64,000 nt of DNA from Okamejei kenojei (taxonomy: Eukaryota): assembly GCA_035221665.1 (NCBI GenBank), contig CM069140.1, positions 42,160,001 to 42,224,000 on the forward strand. Reading direction: 5' to 3'. Both the position numbers and the translations under genes were made by a program. The notes beneath the pieces were generated by a model. It saw nothing but the letters and a program-made list of their open reading frames with translations. It was not told the DNA's origin and made no database searches. This document shows positions 38,611-51,330 of the stretch, in pieces (position 1 is the first letter of the stretch; each line of letters starts with the position of its first letter).

Positions 38611-40906
38611 ATGGGCAAGAGTGACCATAATATGGTTGAGTTCTTCATTAGGATGGAGAGTGACATTATTAATTCAGAAGCAAGGGTTCTGAACTTAAAG
38701 AGAGGGAACTTGGAGGGTATGAGACGTGAATTGGCCAAGGTAGACTGGCAATTGATTCTTAAAGGGTTGATGGTGGATATGCAATGGAAGGCATTTAAAG
38801 ACTGCATGGATGAACTACAACAATTGTTCATCCCAGTTCGGCAAAAGAATAAATCAGGGAAGGTAGTGCATCCGTGGATAACAAGGGAAATCAGGGATAG
38901 TATAAAAACATAAGATGAAGCATACAAATTAGCCAGAAAAAGCAGCCTACCAGAGGACTGGGAGAAATTCAGAGTCCAGCAGAGGAGCAAAAGGGCTTAA
39001 TTAGGAAAGGGAAAATAGATTATGAAAGAAAACTGGCAAGGAACATAAAAACTGACTGCAAACGTTTTTATAGATATGTGAATAGAAAAAGATTAGTTAA
39101 AACAAATGTAGGTCCCTTGCAGTCAGAAACAGGTGTATGTAACAAGGACATGGCAGACAAATTGAATAACTACTTTCATTCTGTCTTCACTAAGGAAGAC
39201 ATAAATAATCTGCCGGAAATAGCAGGGGACTGGGGGTCAAGTGAGATGGAGGAACTGAGTGAAATCCAGGTTAGTCGGGAAGTGGTGTTAGGTAAATTGA
39301 ATGGATTAAAGGCCGATACATCCCCAGGGCCAGATAGGCTGCATCCCAGTGTGCTTAAGGAACTAGCCCCAGAAATAGTGGATGCATTAGTGATAATTTT
39401 TCAAAACGCTTTAGATTCTGGAGTAGTTCCTGAAGATTGGAGGGTAGCCAATGTAACCCCACTTTTTAAAAAGGGATGGAGAGAGAAAACTTGGAATTAC
39501 AGACCAGTTAGTCTAACATCAGTAGTGGGGAAAATGCTAGAGTCAGTTATTAAAGATGGTGATAGCAGCACATTTGAAAAGTGGTGAAATCATTCGACAA
39601 AGTAAGCATGGATTTATGAAAGGTAAATCATCCCTGACGAATCTTATAGAATTTTTCGAGGATGTAACTAGTAGAGTGGATAAGGGAGAACCAGTGGAAT
39701 TGTTATATCTGGACGTTCAGAAGACTTTCGACAAAGTCCCACACAGGAGATTAGTATGCAAACTTAAAGCACACGGTATTGGGGGTTCAGTATTGATGTG
39801 GATGGAGAACTGGTTGGCAGACTGAAAACAAAGATTAGGAGTAAAGGGTCCTTTTCAGAATGGCAGGCAGTGACTAGTGGGGTGCCGCATGGCTCAGTCT
39901 TGGGACCCCAGCTATTTACAATATATATTAATGAATTGGGTGAGGGAATTGAATGCAACATCTCCACGTTTGCGGATGACACGAAGCTGGGGGCCAGTGT
40001 TAACTGTGAGGAGGATGCTAGGAGGCTGCAAGGTGACTTGGATAGGTTGGGTGAGTATGCAAATGCATGGCAGATGCAGTATAATGTGGATAAAAGTGAG
40101 GTTATCCACTTTGGTGACAAGAACAGGAAAGTAGACTATTATCTGAATGGTGGCCAATATGAAAAGGGGAGATGCATTGAGACCCGGGTGTCATGGTACA
40201 CTAGTCATTGAAAGTAGGCATGCAGGTGCAGCAGGCAGCAGGCAGTGAAGAAAGCGAATGTTATGTTAGCATTCATAGCAAAAGGATTTGAGTATAGGAG
40301 CAGGGAGGTTCTACTGCAGTTGTACAGGGCCTTGGTGAGACCACACCTGGAGTATTATGTACAGTTTTGGTCTCCTAATCTGAGGAAATACATTCTTGCC
40401 ATAGAGGGAGTACAGAGAAGATTCACCAGACTGATTCCTGGGATGGCAGGACTTTCATATGAAGAAAGACTGGATAGACTTGGCTTGTACTCACTAGAAT
40501 TTAGAAGATTGAGGGGGGATCTTATAGAAACTTACAAAAGTCTTAAGGGGTTGGACAGGCTAGATGCAGGAAGATTGTTCCTGATATTGGGGAAGTCCAG
40601 AACAAGGGGTCACAGTTTAAGGATAAGGGGGAAGTCTTTTAGGACCGAGATGAGAAAAACATTTTTCACACAGAGAGTGGTGAATCTGTGGAATTCTCTG
40701 CCACAGAAGGTAGTTGAGGCCAGTTCACTGGCTATATTTAAGAGGGAGTTAGATGTGGCCCTTGTCGCTAAAGGGATCAGGGGGTATGGAGTGAAGGCAG
40801 GTACAGGATACTGAGTTGAATGATCAGCCATGATCATATTGTATGGCGGTGCAGGCTCGAAGGGCTGAATGGCCTACTCCTACACCTATTTTCTAAGTTT
40901 CTATGT
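38611..40906 (+). mobile_element. HER1-type CR1 LINE, 5'-truncated, 2.3 kb; ORF2 pseudogene
   Basis: Starts at the APE end motif GKSDHN. RT motifs SPGPD, PEDWRVANVTPLFKKG, NYRPVSLTS, HGFMKGKS.LTNL, LYLD.QK.FDKVPH, GVPHGSVLGP, FADDTK and RPHLEY follow. Stop at 40812-40814, then 3' UTR and TTTCTA-type tail. Several frameshifts and stops. Confidence 0.95.
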
Positions 40907-41297
40907 ATCAAATCCAAAATATGAGATTGTTGCAACTTTTCCTGATATTCCATATTATGTTGAATTCATAATTAATTCAGACTCTTGCATGATTTGTTTT
41001 TTTGTCTGGACTGTTCTAACTGTTCTAATTCTGGTGGTTGTGCACTCATTGCTGCATTCATTGTTATGTTCTATTATAGTTATTAGGAGACTAAATGCAA
41101 ACAAGTCACCAGGACTTGATGGACTGCATGAGTTTAATGGTGTAGGATCATGCACTTCAGTTAGAGAAATCAAAGGTCGGATTGATATCTCTATGTAGAG
41201 AGACATCGTAAGTGAAGTACAGAGAGATCTAGGTGATCTAGAGATCCACAAAAGGCTATCAGGCAAGTAGCTGTGTAGCAAACCACATTTTTGCAAA

Positions 41298-42215
41298 ACA
41301 AGGAACTGCAGATTCTGGTTTACAAAAAGAGTGCTGGAGTAACTCAGTGGGTCAGGCAGATCCTTGGAGAACATGGATAGGTGACATTTTGGGTTAGAAT
41401 CCTTCTTGAAAGTGATTCTGGGAGGGTGGGAGAGCTAGAAGAGAGGAGGGGTACAACAAAACCTAGCAGGTAATAGCTGGATACAGGTGCTGGGGTGTTT
41501 TGATTGAAAGAGGATCAAGGATCAGAGGAAAGAGCGAGTGTATTGAAGATTTGTGAATTGTGAAGCTAGAAGAAGAAATATGTGGGAGGGGTGAAATAGA
41601 TGGAGTCCAAGTGAGAAAGAAAGGAGGGGGGAATAGTTGTAATTCCCTCAATTTGGAAAATTCACTGTTCGTGCAGTTGGGTTGTAAGCTATCCAAATGA
41701 AATCTGAGATGATGTTCCTCCAGTTTGCATGTGGCCTCATTCTGCCTATGAGGTGGCCCAGGATAGAAAGGTCCATATGGGAATGGGAAGAGGGGGTTAA
41801 AATGGTTAGCAAATGGGAGTTCAAGTTGGTCTTGGCAGACCAAAAGCAAATATTCGGTGAAACAATCACTATGTCGACGCTTGGTCTCTCTGATGTACAG
41901 GATGCCACATTGGGAAAACCAAATGCAGTAGATGAGGTTAGAGGATGTGCTCGTGAACTTCTGTCTCACTTGGAAGGACTGTTGGAGTCCTTGGATGGAA
42001 GTGAGGGAGGAGGTGTAGGGACAGATGTTACACCTTCTGCGGTTGCATGGGGAAAGTAGGTGGGAAAGGTTGGTTTGAATGGGAAGGGATGAGTGAACCA
42101 AGGAGTTGCGGAGGGAGTGACCTCTGCAGAGGGCAGAAAGGGGCGGGGATGGGAAGATAACTGGCGGTGTGGGATCACCTTGGAGGTGACGGAAATGTTG
42201 AAAGATAATGTGTTA
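41298..42215 (-). mobile_element. Penelope-like element, degenerate GIY-YIG region plus pLTR
   Basis: PCNRRRCNICPY...QSFQVRQKFTSTSSNLIYCIWFSQCGILYIRETKR...KLEEHHL.F.L.SLQP; pLTR at 41298-41415. Flanked by old CR1 remnants (about 41085-41130 and 42220-42530). Confidence 0.88.
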
Positions 42216-43561
42216 GGTGTAGATTCACCAAACTAATTCCTTAGATACGAGGGTTCTTGTACCAAGAGAGACAAAATAGATTAGACCTGTATTCCTCAGA
42301 GTTTGGAAGAATGTGGTGTGACCTCATTCAAATAGCTAGGGTCCAAAGGAGTGGACATTGAACATTGAAATGTGTCACTGGCGGGAGAATCTCAAATAAT
42401 TATAAGATAAGGAGCCAGTCATTTAAATTTGAGATGCATATACATTTCTTTTTGTAGAATCTCTGAAATGCTCTGCCTGGTTAGTGGAGGAATCTGGACC
42501 ATCAGAAATATTTAAAGAGGATAGTGATAGGTCAATGAATGCAGGAGTATGGAGACATGACATTGAAGTTATAAATGTAGGCCCTCAGGTTCTTTACAAA
42601 CAAAAAAACAAAATGGCAATTAAGTGAATAACCTGTGGGGCAGTTGCATTTTAAAGTAATGAAGTGGATTGTAGGTTATTGAGCTTTTGTATTGGCATAT
42701 ATTTGAAATTTGGGGAAATAGTCAAGCATTTTCTTTAATCATAAACTTTCTGGGATAATTTAGTTTGATCACTGTTGTGTTTTCCAGTTGACAATTGTAA
42801 ATATGCCATCCATTAAAGAAATTAATTGTAAATTTTAAGATCGCCACAATTTTCATCAATTGGCACATTAAATTGATTGGATGCGCAGTTGAATGTGACG
42901 TAATGTTGTATAAATTAGTGAGTTCTATTTGTGTAAAGTCATAATAAAGTGAAAACTAAGAATGCACAAATCTTTTTTGAGTGCATAGATGGATTGCACT
43001 TAGAATTCTTTAATTTTTAGTGACACTTTCATAAACATTGATTTTAGAAAAGATATACAAATAGGCACTGCTGATGTTATTATTTGGAAATTGTCTTTGA
43101 GGTTCCTTTGGTATGAAGTAACCAAATTAATTTGCATGCCGTTGTAAAAAGTCTTCAGAACTTTGTGCAAATAACAAACATCTCCTAATAATTAAGTTTC
43201 TGCACATTGGCTGGTAAGTCATCTCTCGACAGACGGTGACCTTCTTAATGGTACTCAACCAAAACAGAAAATGATGAAACAGCTCAGCAATGCAAGTTCA
43301 AGTTCACATTTATTGCCACATGCACCAATTATGGTACAGTGGAAGGTTCAGGCAGCATATGTGATGGAGAAACAGTTAATATTTTGGGTAGTATATCTTT
43401 CAGCAGTTCTGACTAAAAATCATCAACTGGAAACGTTATTTCTCTCACTTCAGGTGCTGCCTGACATTATAGTTTTTATTTCTCCCTGGTATTTTTTATT
43501 TTATTTCTATACATAGAGCATCAAAAATATTTTCACAGTGGTTCTGTGCATTTTAACTATT

Positions 43562-43865
43562 GTGATGCAGTGGTAGAGTTGCTGCCTTACAGCACTAGAG
43601 ACCCAGGTTTGACTATGGGTGCTGTCTGTACGGAGTTTGTACATTCTCCCTGTGACTGTGTGGGTTTTCTCTGGGTGCTCTGGTTTCCTTCGACATTCCA
43701 AGGGACGTACAGGTTTGCAGGTTAATTGGCTTCTGTTAATTGCCCCTAATGTGTAGGATGCAAAACTGGTTTAACATAGAACTGGTGTATAGGTGATCGT
43801 TGGTCGGCACGGACTTGGTGGGTCTGAGGCCTGTTTCCACACCATATCTCTAAACTAAACTAAAC
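43562..43865 (+). mobile_element. HE1-type V-SINE
   Basis: Collinear with 37954-38253; (TAAAC)3 tail. Confidence 0.88.
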
Positions 43866-44158
43866 ATCGCTACAAATTCTGAATTAAAGTTTCAGGAACT
43901 TTTAAAATTATTTTGTATTATTATTTTCAGTTGTTCAATATATTGAAGGTGCTGTTAATATTCATCTCACATTAACAACCAGAACCTATAAAATCTGGGA
44001 AATTTCATCTACAATTAGTTTTGAAATTGTGGATGAATGAAGATCGACTTACCTGGGTCTCATCCACTTACCTGGATCTTTTGTGATGCAGGGAAGATTT
44101 TCAGAAGCTCTGCCACTTTGGTCTCTTGCACCAAGCCAAACCAATTACTTGTTGGTGT

Positions 44159-44325
44159 AGAAAGGAAATGCAGATGAAGGATTAAACCGATGATAGACAG
44201 AAAAAGTTTGAGTACCTCAACGGGTCAGGCAGCATCTCTGGAGAGAAGGAATGGGTGACGTTTTTGGTCGAGACCCATCTTCAGACTAGTTACTTCAGCT
44301 GAGTTACTCCAACTTTTTCTATCTT
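44159..44325 (-). mobile_element. Solo Penelope pLTR plus short inverted fragment, with TSD
   Basis: Minus strand CTGAAGATGGGTCTCGACCAAAAACGTC; flanks caattacttgttggtgt (44142-44158) and caattatctgttggtgt (44326-44342). Confidence 0.82.
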
Positions 44326-45814
44326 CAATTATCTGTTGGTGTTCACTGCTTTTGCAGGTGTCTGTGATGCAACTTGGGAGAGCAAATGCAGCATATTTGT
44401 GCATGTCCAGTAGTCTTTTAGCAAACCTGTTTATGGCAAAATCCTGCAGATGATCATTAAGCTGGAAACAATCTTTCTACCTTTGTATAACTGCATAATG
44501 TTGCTCCCCTGAGTCTTATTTTGTTATGCTCTTTTTCTCTGAATCATTTCCTCATTTCCATTGGCAAAATGTTGTTGCTTGGATATTTTTGAGTGCCTGA
44601 GTGCAAGAGGTAATCTTCTGTTTGCATTACTAAAAAATGTTGCTTTCAAACATTTTTTTTGCACTGCATTTCCACCTTCCTGTCTCTGGAGCGAAATAGT
44701 TTTAATACTGGTTCCTTTGAACACATTTATTTTTGTCAGCTACGTTGTGGATTGGCTAGGTGAAGAGTGATAAAATGCAAAATTATTGGAAGTTAAAGGA
44801 TATATATTCTTCAAATCTGAAGGGGAGTACATCATAATTTTTTACAACAGAATTGAAGCAACATTTTGCATTAGTTTTTCGCCTGTGATTGTAACGCCGC
44901 TTGTTGGCCTCACATCTACCAGTGATATAATATTATCTGGTATTGTTTTTGCAGATGCCCTATTCATTGTGTATGTTGTAAAAGTGAGACAACAGGAGAT
45001 ATGGGCAGTCTCGTTAGTAGAGTCCTGAAATATTGTACTACAAAAGAGAGAATTTAGATTATTGAATAGATACAAAGGTTTCCACGATGATCAGTGAGAC
45101 CTAAACTACTGTAAATTAGATAAACTGTAATTGTTGCCCAAAGATACTAAATGTGCCTGATATTGGGGGACAGAATAGTAATTCTGTACACTATTACCCA
45201 ATGCACTAAAACAACTGTTTTATTCTGACCATTTGGAATTAAAAAATACACTAAAAATATATATACCATTGTGATGATGTTTCATTGTATGTTGTTTCTC
45301 CACACATCAATATAATCACTTACCACCAAAGGGTTCACATTTTTGTCTTCTTCATGGAGTAAATCTAGAATTATAAACTTAAATTATTTTCCCGGTGTAT
45401 ATGGTAGTCTGAAATATGAGGTGATTTCCTTGCGATCTTTGAATAAATATAAAATTAGAAATTCACCACAGCAAGCGTATGTAGATTTAGGAATGAGATA
45501 GTTCCTTAAATTTAATTGCTTACAGGATTCTAGGCTGCAGTAATTGCTAGTTGGACTGGTATTAATAGCTTTCCCTAACTGCCACTTGGAGGGAAGTCTA
45601 CATCTGGTACTATTTCCTGTGTGCCTATTACTTTTGTGGTGGTAGAGGTTGTGGGATTTGGAGGTAGTCTCAGAATAATCTGGGCAAATAACTGCTGTGC
45701 ATTTTGCAAATGTCAAACACTGCACCCACATCAAGCTCAGATTCTTTACAGAGTTTTGGATAGAGTGCCAGTCAATTTGGCTGCATTGTTGAGGATGAAT
45801 GATTGATTGATTGA

Positions 45815-46111
45815 AAAATGCAGGATGGAAACAGGCCATTCGGTCCACCAAGTCCATGCCGACCATCGATAACCTGTTCGCATTAATTCTGTTATCCACT
45901 TTTGCATCCACACCAAGGACAATTTACAGAGACCAATAAACTTACAAATCTGCATGTCTTTGGGATGAAGAAGGAAACCGGAACAGCCGGAGAACTCCAC
46001 GCGTTCACAGGGAGACGTTACTAACTCCACACTGACTGCACCCAAATCGAACCTGTGTCTCTGGCACTGTGAGATCACTGTTCTACCAGTTTCACCACTG
46101 CGCCACCCTGC
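45815..46111 (-). mobile_element. HE1-type V-SINE
   Basis: Reverse complement of the SINE consensus: ccactgcgccacc head, tcgaacc B box, ggaaaccgga V domain, ggaaacaggcc tail. Confidence 0.85.
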
Positions 46112-46124
46112 AAACTCCACACAG

Positions 46125-46940
46125 CCAATTTTGATGTTGTTGGAGCTGCATTCATATAGGCAAGGGAGAATATTCTGTCATGTTTTTTTTTTTGTGCTTT
46201 GTAGATCGTGGAAGGACTTTGACGTGTTAGGATGTGAGTCAGTAACTACAGAATACCCAATCTCAGATGTGCTCTGGTGACCATTGTATTAATGTGGCTG
46301 TCTTATTTGATTTTTTAGTTAGTGGAAATTATCAGGATATAGATATTTGGAGATTGAGTGGTATTATTAATGATGTTGTTCACTTTAATTGGACTTGGTC
46401 ATTGCCTGGCACTTTTCTTTTGGATATGTTACTGACTAGTTATCACCCTGTGCCTGAATGTTATTGAGATTTTGCTGTATACAGATGTAGGTGGCTTCAA
46501 TTTCTTCATTATACAACCACTAGTGAATATTTTCAAATTTATGGAAGGAAAATCTTTGAAGATGAAGCTGACGGTGGGTAGGTCTAGGGTATTGTCCTGA
46601 TGAACTCCTGCAGCAACATCCCGGATTTGAAATCTCCAACAATCATCTGCCTTTGTGAAAGGCATGACTCAATGACTGAAATGTTTACTCTTTGATGTCC
46701 ATTGACTTCAGTTTTACCATGGCATTGATGCAACAATCAATGGCAAAGACAGTCATTTTGGAATTTAGACTCGATGAATATTGTGATGAAGGCTGGAACA
46801 TCAATCAATTGGGGAGCAGGTTTTTTGGTGGTGAGTATGTGTTGCTTGATAACAATGTTTATGACACTTCATCAGTTTGCTGATCATTAAAAATAAACCA
46901 ATTCACAACAATAATTAGGTAGATTAGATTTATCCTACTT
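46125..46940 (-). mobile_element. Old CR1/L2-group LINE RT fragment
   Basis: tgttggagctgcattcatataggcaagggagaatattc...ttgtagatcgtggaagg...tgaactcctgcagc resembles the RT region of the family whose 3' end is at 19742. Heavily mutated. Confidence 0.5.
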
Positions 46941-47749
46941 GTGCGTCTTACATTTACCTAATTACTAAAATTTCTACTGCTCTCAAAATGAATTTCAATC
47001 AGCGGTAGGGTACAATATGTTTTAGTGTTTGTTAAATATAGTTAACTGAAATCCTACACAAAACAATTTTAAGAAACTGCTGAAGTAATAGATCAAATAT
47101 TCTATCATGCTCCCAGTATTAGCACAGCATTGTTTTAACAATGTGAAGTTTGGCAAATTCACCTTACTTTAGAAATAGAAAAATATTCAATCTATTAAGG
47201 CTATAATCAAACTGTTGACTTTGTATTCAGATGTTTTTGCTAGTGAACATTTCTTGCCGCAAATTGATAATATCCATCTTTACAGCCCATCTTTGAATTT
47301 TGCAGGTATGTTAGCCATAAAACTACCAATTGCATACAGTTTACATGAAAACTACCCTTTTACTTCTGCTTTTACCCTTCTCTCCTCTTATGTTGGCAGT
47401 GGGCAACGGCAGCTTAATATGTTAAATGTGCACTAGGTTAACCATTGGCTGAGAAGTTGCAACAAAAGTAACCAGTGAAAACTGCCACAACCCCTTTGTT
47501 GGTGTTCAGATATTCAATTTTGAAAAAAAAAAGTTAAATAATTAATTGTGAAGAATTGCTAAAACAGTCAAGTAACTCAAAGTATTTTCTGTGGAAATCC
47601 TCTTATGTCAAAGATAAAATAGCCAATACATATTCTGCAATAATATTATTAGATTTTTCCATTAATCTACTGTTGTGCCTGTGAATTAAATCGCTCCTCT
47701 AGATTTGTTGGTATCCGCTGTAAGATATTGGTAACATCCTTAAATTGGA

Positions 47750-48105
47750 CAGCAGGTTGTGCGTTCAAATTGAACTTGAAAAACTTATTATCTTGGCTCA
47801 CATTCCTTGCAGGACTGAGAGAGTGTTGGAGATGTCTGCTTTCACACAGGAGATTAAAAACCATCATTTGAAGGACACAAATAATATTGTTCAAAGAAGG
47901 GTCTCAGAGCTTCCCCATGTTGTATGTTTATTTTCAACCTAACATAATTAAAACTGCTCATTATCACATTTCCATTTGTGAGAATTCATGTGTGGAAATT
48001 GACTACATTATTTCCCTATATTACCACAGTGACTACACCTCAAATGTGTTTAATTGTCAATTAATTACTTTAGGGGATTTTGAGAGGCACTATAGATACT
48101 TTTTT
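47750..48105 (+). mobile_element. DeuSINE-like copy
   Basis: tcattatcacattt...tttgtgaga...tgtgtggaaattgact...tttccctatattaccacagtgactacacctcaaa matches the Deu domain and 25900-26040. Confidence 0.6.
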
Positions 48106-49089
48106 TTACAAAAGCAAGGTTTAAGGGTTTTTCACAATGTTGCAAATTATCTAAGGTTCATGAGGCTCCAAACAGTACTCAATCCTGTCAGAGCTGAAAA
48201 CTATCTACAAAAGCCAATGCCGTTCCATGGGGTTAATGCCGGGTACAATGATCTCCTGTACCAACCTGTTGGCTAAGTTCAGCATCAGTTTCAGGGGATA
48301 TGGGAATAGATTTCTCAGTTGAGGAGCTGATAATTCTGATCAGTGTTTGGATAAGGGAGATGGGGATCTGTTCAGTGGCTACGTAAAGGCCTGAGAGATC
48401 TGGTTGACATCCAGGAAACAGCAGTCGACTTAATTGGTGTCCTTGCCAATGGAATCAATGTGACTCTTTGGCTTCACTTATGCACTGTGGTTGCAGTATA
48501 TGCTGTCAACTAAATATACTGCAAAAACTTGCCAAAGCCTGGTGTCAAGGATGTGAATAGCAATGACATTATTTACAAGTTACCTTTTAAAACACAGAAC
48601 ATTCTGACAGATACATAAACCTCCTGACTTTTACATAAACCATAAATTTCCAAATCTAACTGCATTGTGTGAGTATGCGCTGAAGAGTTTAGCAATGTTT
48701 GGACATTAAATGTTACCTGGAACGAGTGCTTGGTGGACATTCAGTTGTAAGGAAACTCGACATACTTGCTCAAAGTTCCAAGAAGGTGCATCGAAAAGCA
48801 TTGAGCAACTGAATCTGAAATCTTTATTTTTCAGGTTTTCCTACATATTCCCCTTGTTTAGTTTAAAGTGAAGGAAATTGTGCTTGGTATGATCCCAATG
48901 TTAAGTTGGAAGGTAGGCGGGTACCAGAATGTTGCCTTCTAAAGGAGTGAAGAAACACTTGAAAAGCAATAGTAGTGTTTTTTAAATAGGGCCAAACTCA
49001 GAGAGAGTAGAAGGAAGGTTAAAAAACATATGCAGTGAATGCACGTGAACACACAGAGTGTATTCAAAGAGTGGAAGAACTTTAAACGC

Positions 49090-50775
49090 AATTAACCACA
49101 TGGAAATATGATGCAGTAAAATGGAAATATTGCGAAAAAAGGGCAGCTTTGGATACTAAATGTTCTTCAAAGTATTCAGCCAATGATAGCTAAGGGAAGA
49201 GGGTGGCAGAAGTGTTGGTGGTATTGATTATAAAGAATATTATAAAGCTAGAGGGAGAGTATATCATGAACAATGAGCAGTCTTCAGGTGGAGATAGTTC
49301 AATCTGTGTATTATCCCACAAGTGATAAAGATAGGGTTAGTAAAAGCAGAGCTTCAATGATGCACATTTGTGCGCGTGTGTGTGAGGGAGGGATGGAGAG
49401 AGAAAGAGGCCTACATGACTATCAAAATGATTACAGAAAATAGTCTGGCAGAAAACATGAAAGGGAATCTTAAAACTGCATATGCTTGCAAATAGTAACA
49501 GATGGTAAGAAGAGGGCTGGAACTGGTCAAAGACCAAGAAAGAAGTCCACTCATGACAAAAGTGGTATTAAATGAGTACTTTCCACTGGTCTTTACTAAG
49601 GGAGGAGAAACTATTGTGATCTTGGCAAAGAAAGATGTAGCTGAGATACTGAAAGACGATAAGGGAGGGCATCTGTAGTGGATAGATTAGTTGCTGTCAA
49701 TATCATACACCCTAGGTTGCTGAGAGCAAGTAAGGGAAGAAATTGTGAAACATTGGTCAACCTTCCAAGTATTTGTATATATGCTATGGAACCTGAGGAG
49801 TGGGGAACTGCAAATGTTATGCTTAAAAAAAAAGCCTACAAGGATAACTCTGGCAACTACAGAGCTGCCAGTTTAAGCAGGCTGGTAGGGGAAACTTTAA
49901 GGAATAATAATCAGGAACGCATGAGGCACTTGGTCAAGTGTGACTTGATTAGGGAAAGCTATTTGTTCTGGGCAAATCACACCACCAACTTAAAGCATTT
50001 CATTGAAGTGAACGGAGAGGACCAAAGAGAGGAGAGTAGATGTGGTTGACTTTCAAAAGGCCAATGATAAAGTGCAGCATAATAGACATCATCAAGATTC
50101 CAGTCCACAGAATAATAGGAGCAGTAGAACTATGAACAAGATACTGGCTGATTATCAGAAAATACAAATTAGTAGTGAATGGTTGTTTTTTTCATTCTGT
50201 AGTGAAAAGTACAATGGAATTCCTGTGGGATCAGTATTGGAACCACATTTTTTCCAATACTTAAGAACAACTTCCAACTTTGCAGGAAACATGAAACTTA
50301 AAATATAGTGAACGCTGAGGGGGATAGTAATAAACTTCAGGAGGCAGACTGGTGAAAAGGGTGTTCACGTGGCAGATGAAATTTAGAGCAGAACAAGGCA
50401 AAGTATTGCGCTTTAGCAGCGAGACAGAGAAGAGGCATTAAAACTAGAGCATGCGGTTCTCGAAAGGGTACAGGAACAGGGCGATCTGGCAGTGTATCTA
50501 CATAATCCTTAAAGAGTACAGGGCAAGTTGCAAAAGTGGTTAAAACATATTTTGGATCCTGGGTTTGTAAAACATGTAGGTGTACAAGAGCAAAGTGATA
50601 ATCATTGTAAAAACCTGGTTCTGTCACAACCAGGGCTACTTGTGTTCTGTCCTGGACATTGTAATTTAGGAAAGGTATTAATGTCTTAGAGAAGTACAAG
50701 ATGATGTTCTCTGGACATTAGGATGAGGATAAGCTGCAGAAGCTGCATTTTTTTTCCCATGGATCAAAGAGTTTA
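49090..50775 (+). mobile_element. Old CR1 LINE ORF2 remnant
   Basis: IHPRLLR, PEEWGTANV, DNSGNYRAASL, DFQKANDKVQH, GIPVGSVLEP, WQMKF. Many lesions; its tail probably resumes at about 51380-51670. Confidence 0.75.
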
Positions 50776-50789
50776 GGAGGTTTATAGCT

Positions 50790-51197
50790 AGAAAGAGAAG
50801 TTCGAAAACTTGGATTGTTTTCTCTGGAGCATCGGAGGTTGTGAGCAGACCTGATAGAAGTACATAAAATTATGATTGACATGGTTAGAGTAGAGAGTCA
50901 GAACCTTTTTCCCAGGGTAGAGACATCAAAAACTAGAGAACATTGATTTAAAGTCAGAGGGGGAAAGTTTAAAGGAGATACGTAGAGCGGGTTTTTTAAA
51001 CAGTGTGGTAAGTGTTTGGAACATGCCTCCAGTGTGGTGGTGGAGATAGTGCCATTTAGGAGGCTTATTGATGGCCACATGGATTTGCAGGGAAAGGATG
51101 AATATGGACCAGGCAGAAGAGATTAGTTTAACGGCATCATGATTGGCACCAACATTGTGAGCCAAAGGGCCTGTTCCTTTGCTGTACTGTTCTATGA
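50790..51197 (+). mobile_element. CR1 LINE 3' end (younger)
   Basis: LGLFSLEHRRL..DLIEVHKIM, then a 3' UTR ending aagggcctgttcctttgctgtactgttctatg. Confidence 0.8.
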
Positions 51198-51227
51198 GCT
51201 TTCAGATGCAATATGGCCGTTACTTAA

Positions 51228-51330
51228 CCCTTTACTTTCAGTCTGAAGAAGGTTCCAACCCGAAACGTCACTCATCCTTTTTCCCCAGAGATGCTGCCTG
51301 ACCTACTGAGTTACTCCAGCACATTGTTTC
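51228..51330 (+). mobile_element. Solo Penelope pLTR with the best-preserved hammerhead core
   Basis: agt-CTGAAGA-aggttccaaccc-GAAA-C-GTC-act at 51240-51272; TSD-like tatggccgttacttaa (51212-51227) / tatgacagttacttaa (51331-51346). Confidence 0.82.
51240..51272 (+). ncRNA. Putative minimal type I hammerhead ribozyme
   Basis: CUGANGA at 51243-51249, short stem II (GGU/ACC), GAAA at 51262-51265, palindromic ACGU stem III, GUC cleavage triplet at 51267-51269, 3-bp stem I (AGU/ACU). Activity is untested and stem I is very short. Confidence 0.55.

Noticed and set aside
38611-40814. Active reverse transcriptase gene
   Set aside because: 5'-truncated, with the endonuclease missing, and broken by several stops and frameshifts.
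44047-44075. U1 snRNA gene or pseudogene
   Set aside because: Only the 10-nt ACTTACCTGG matches; the U1 body is absent.
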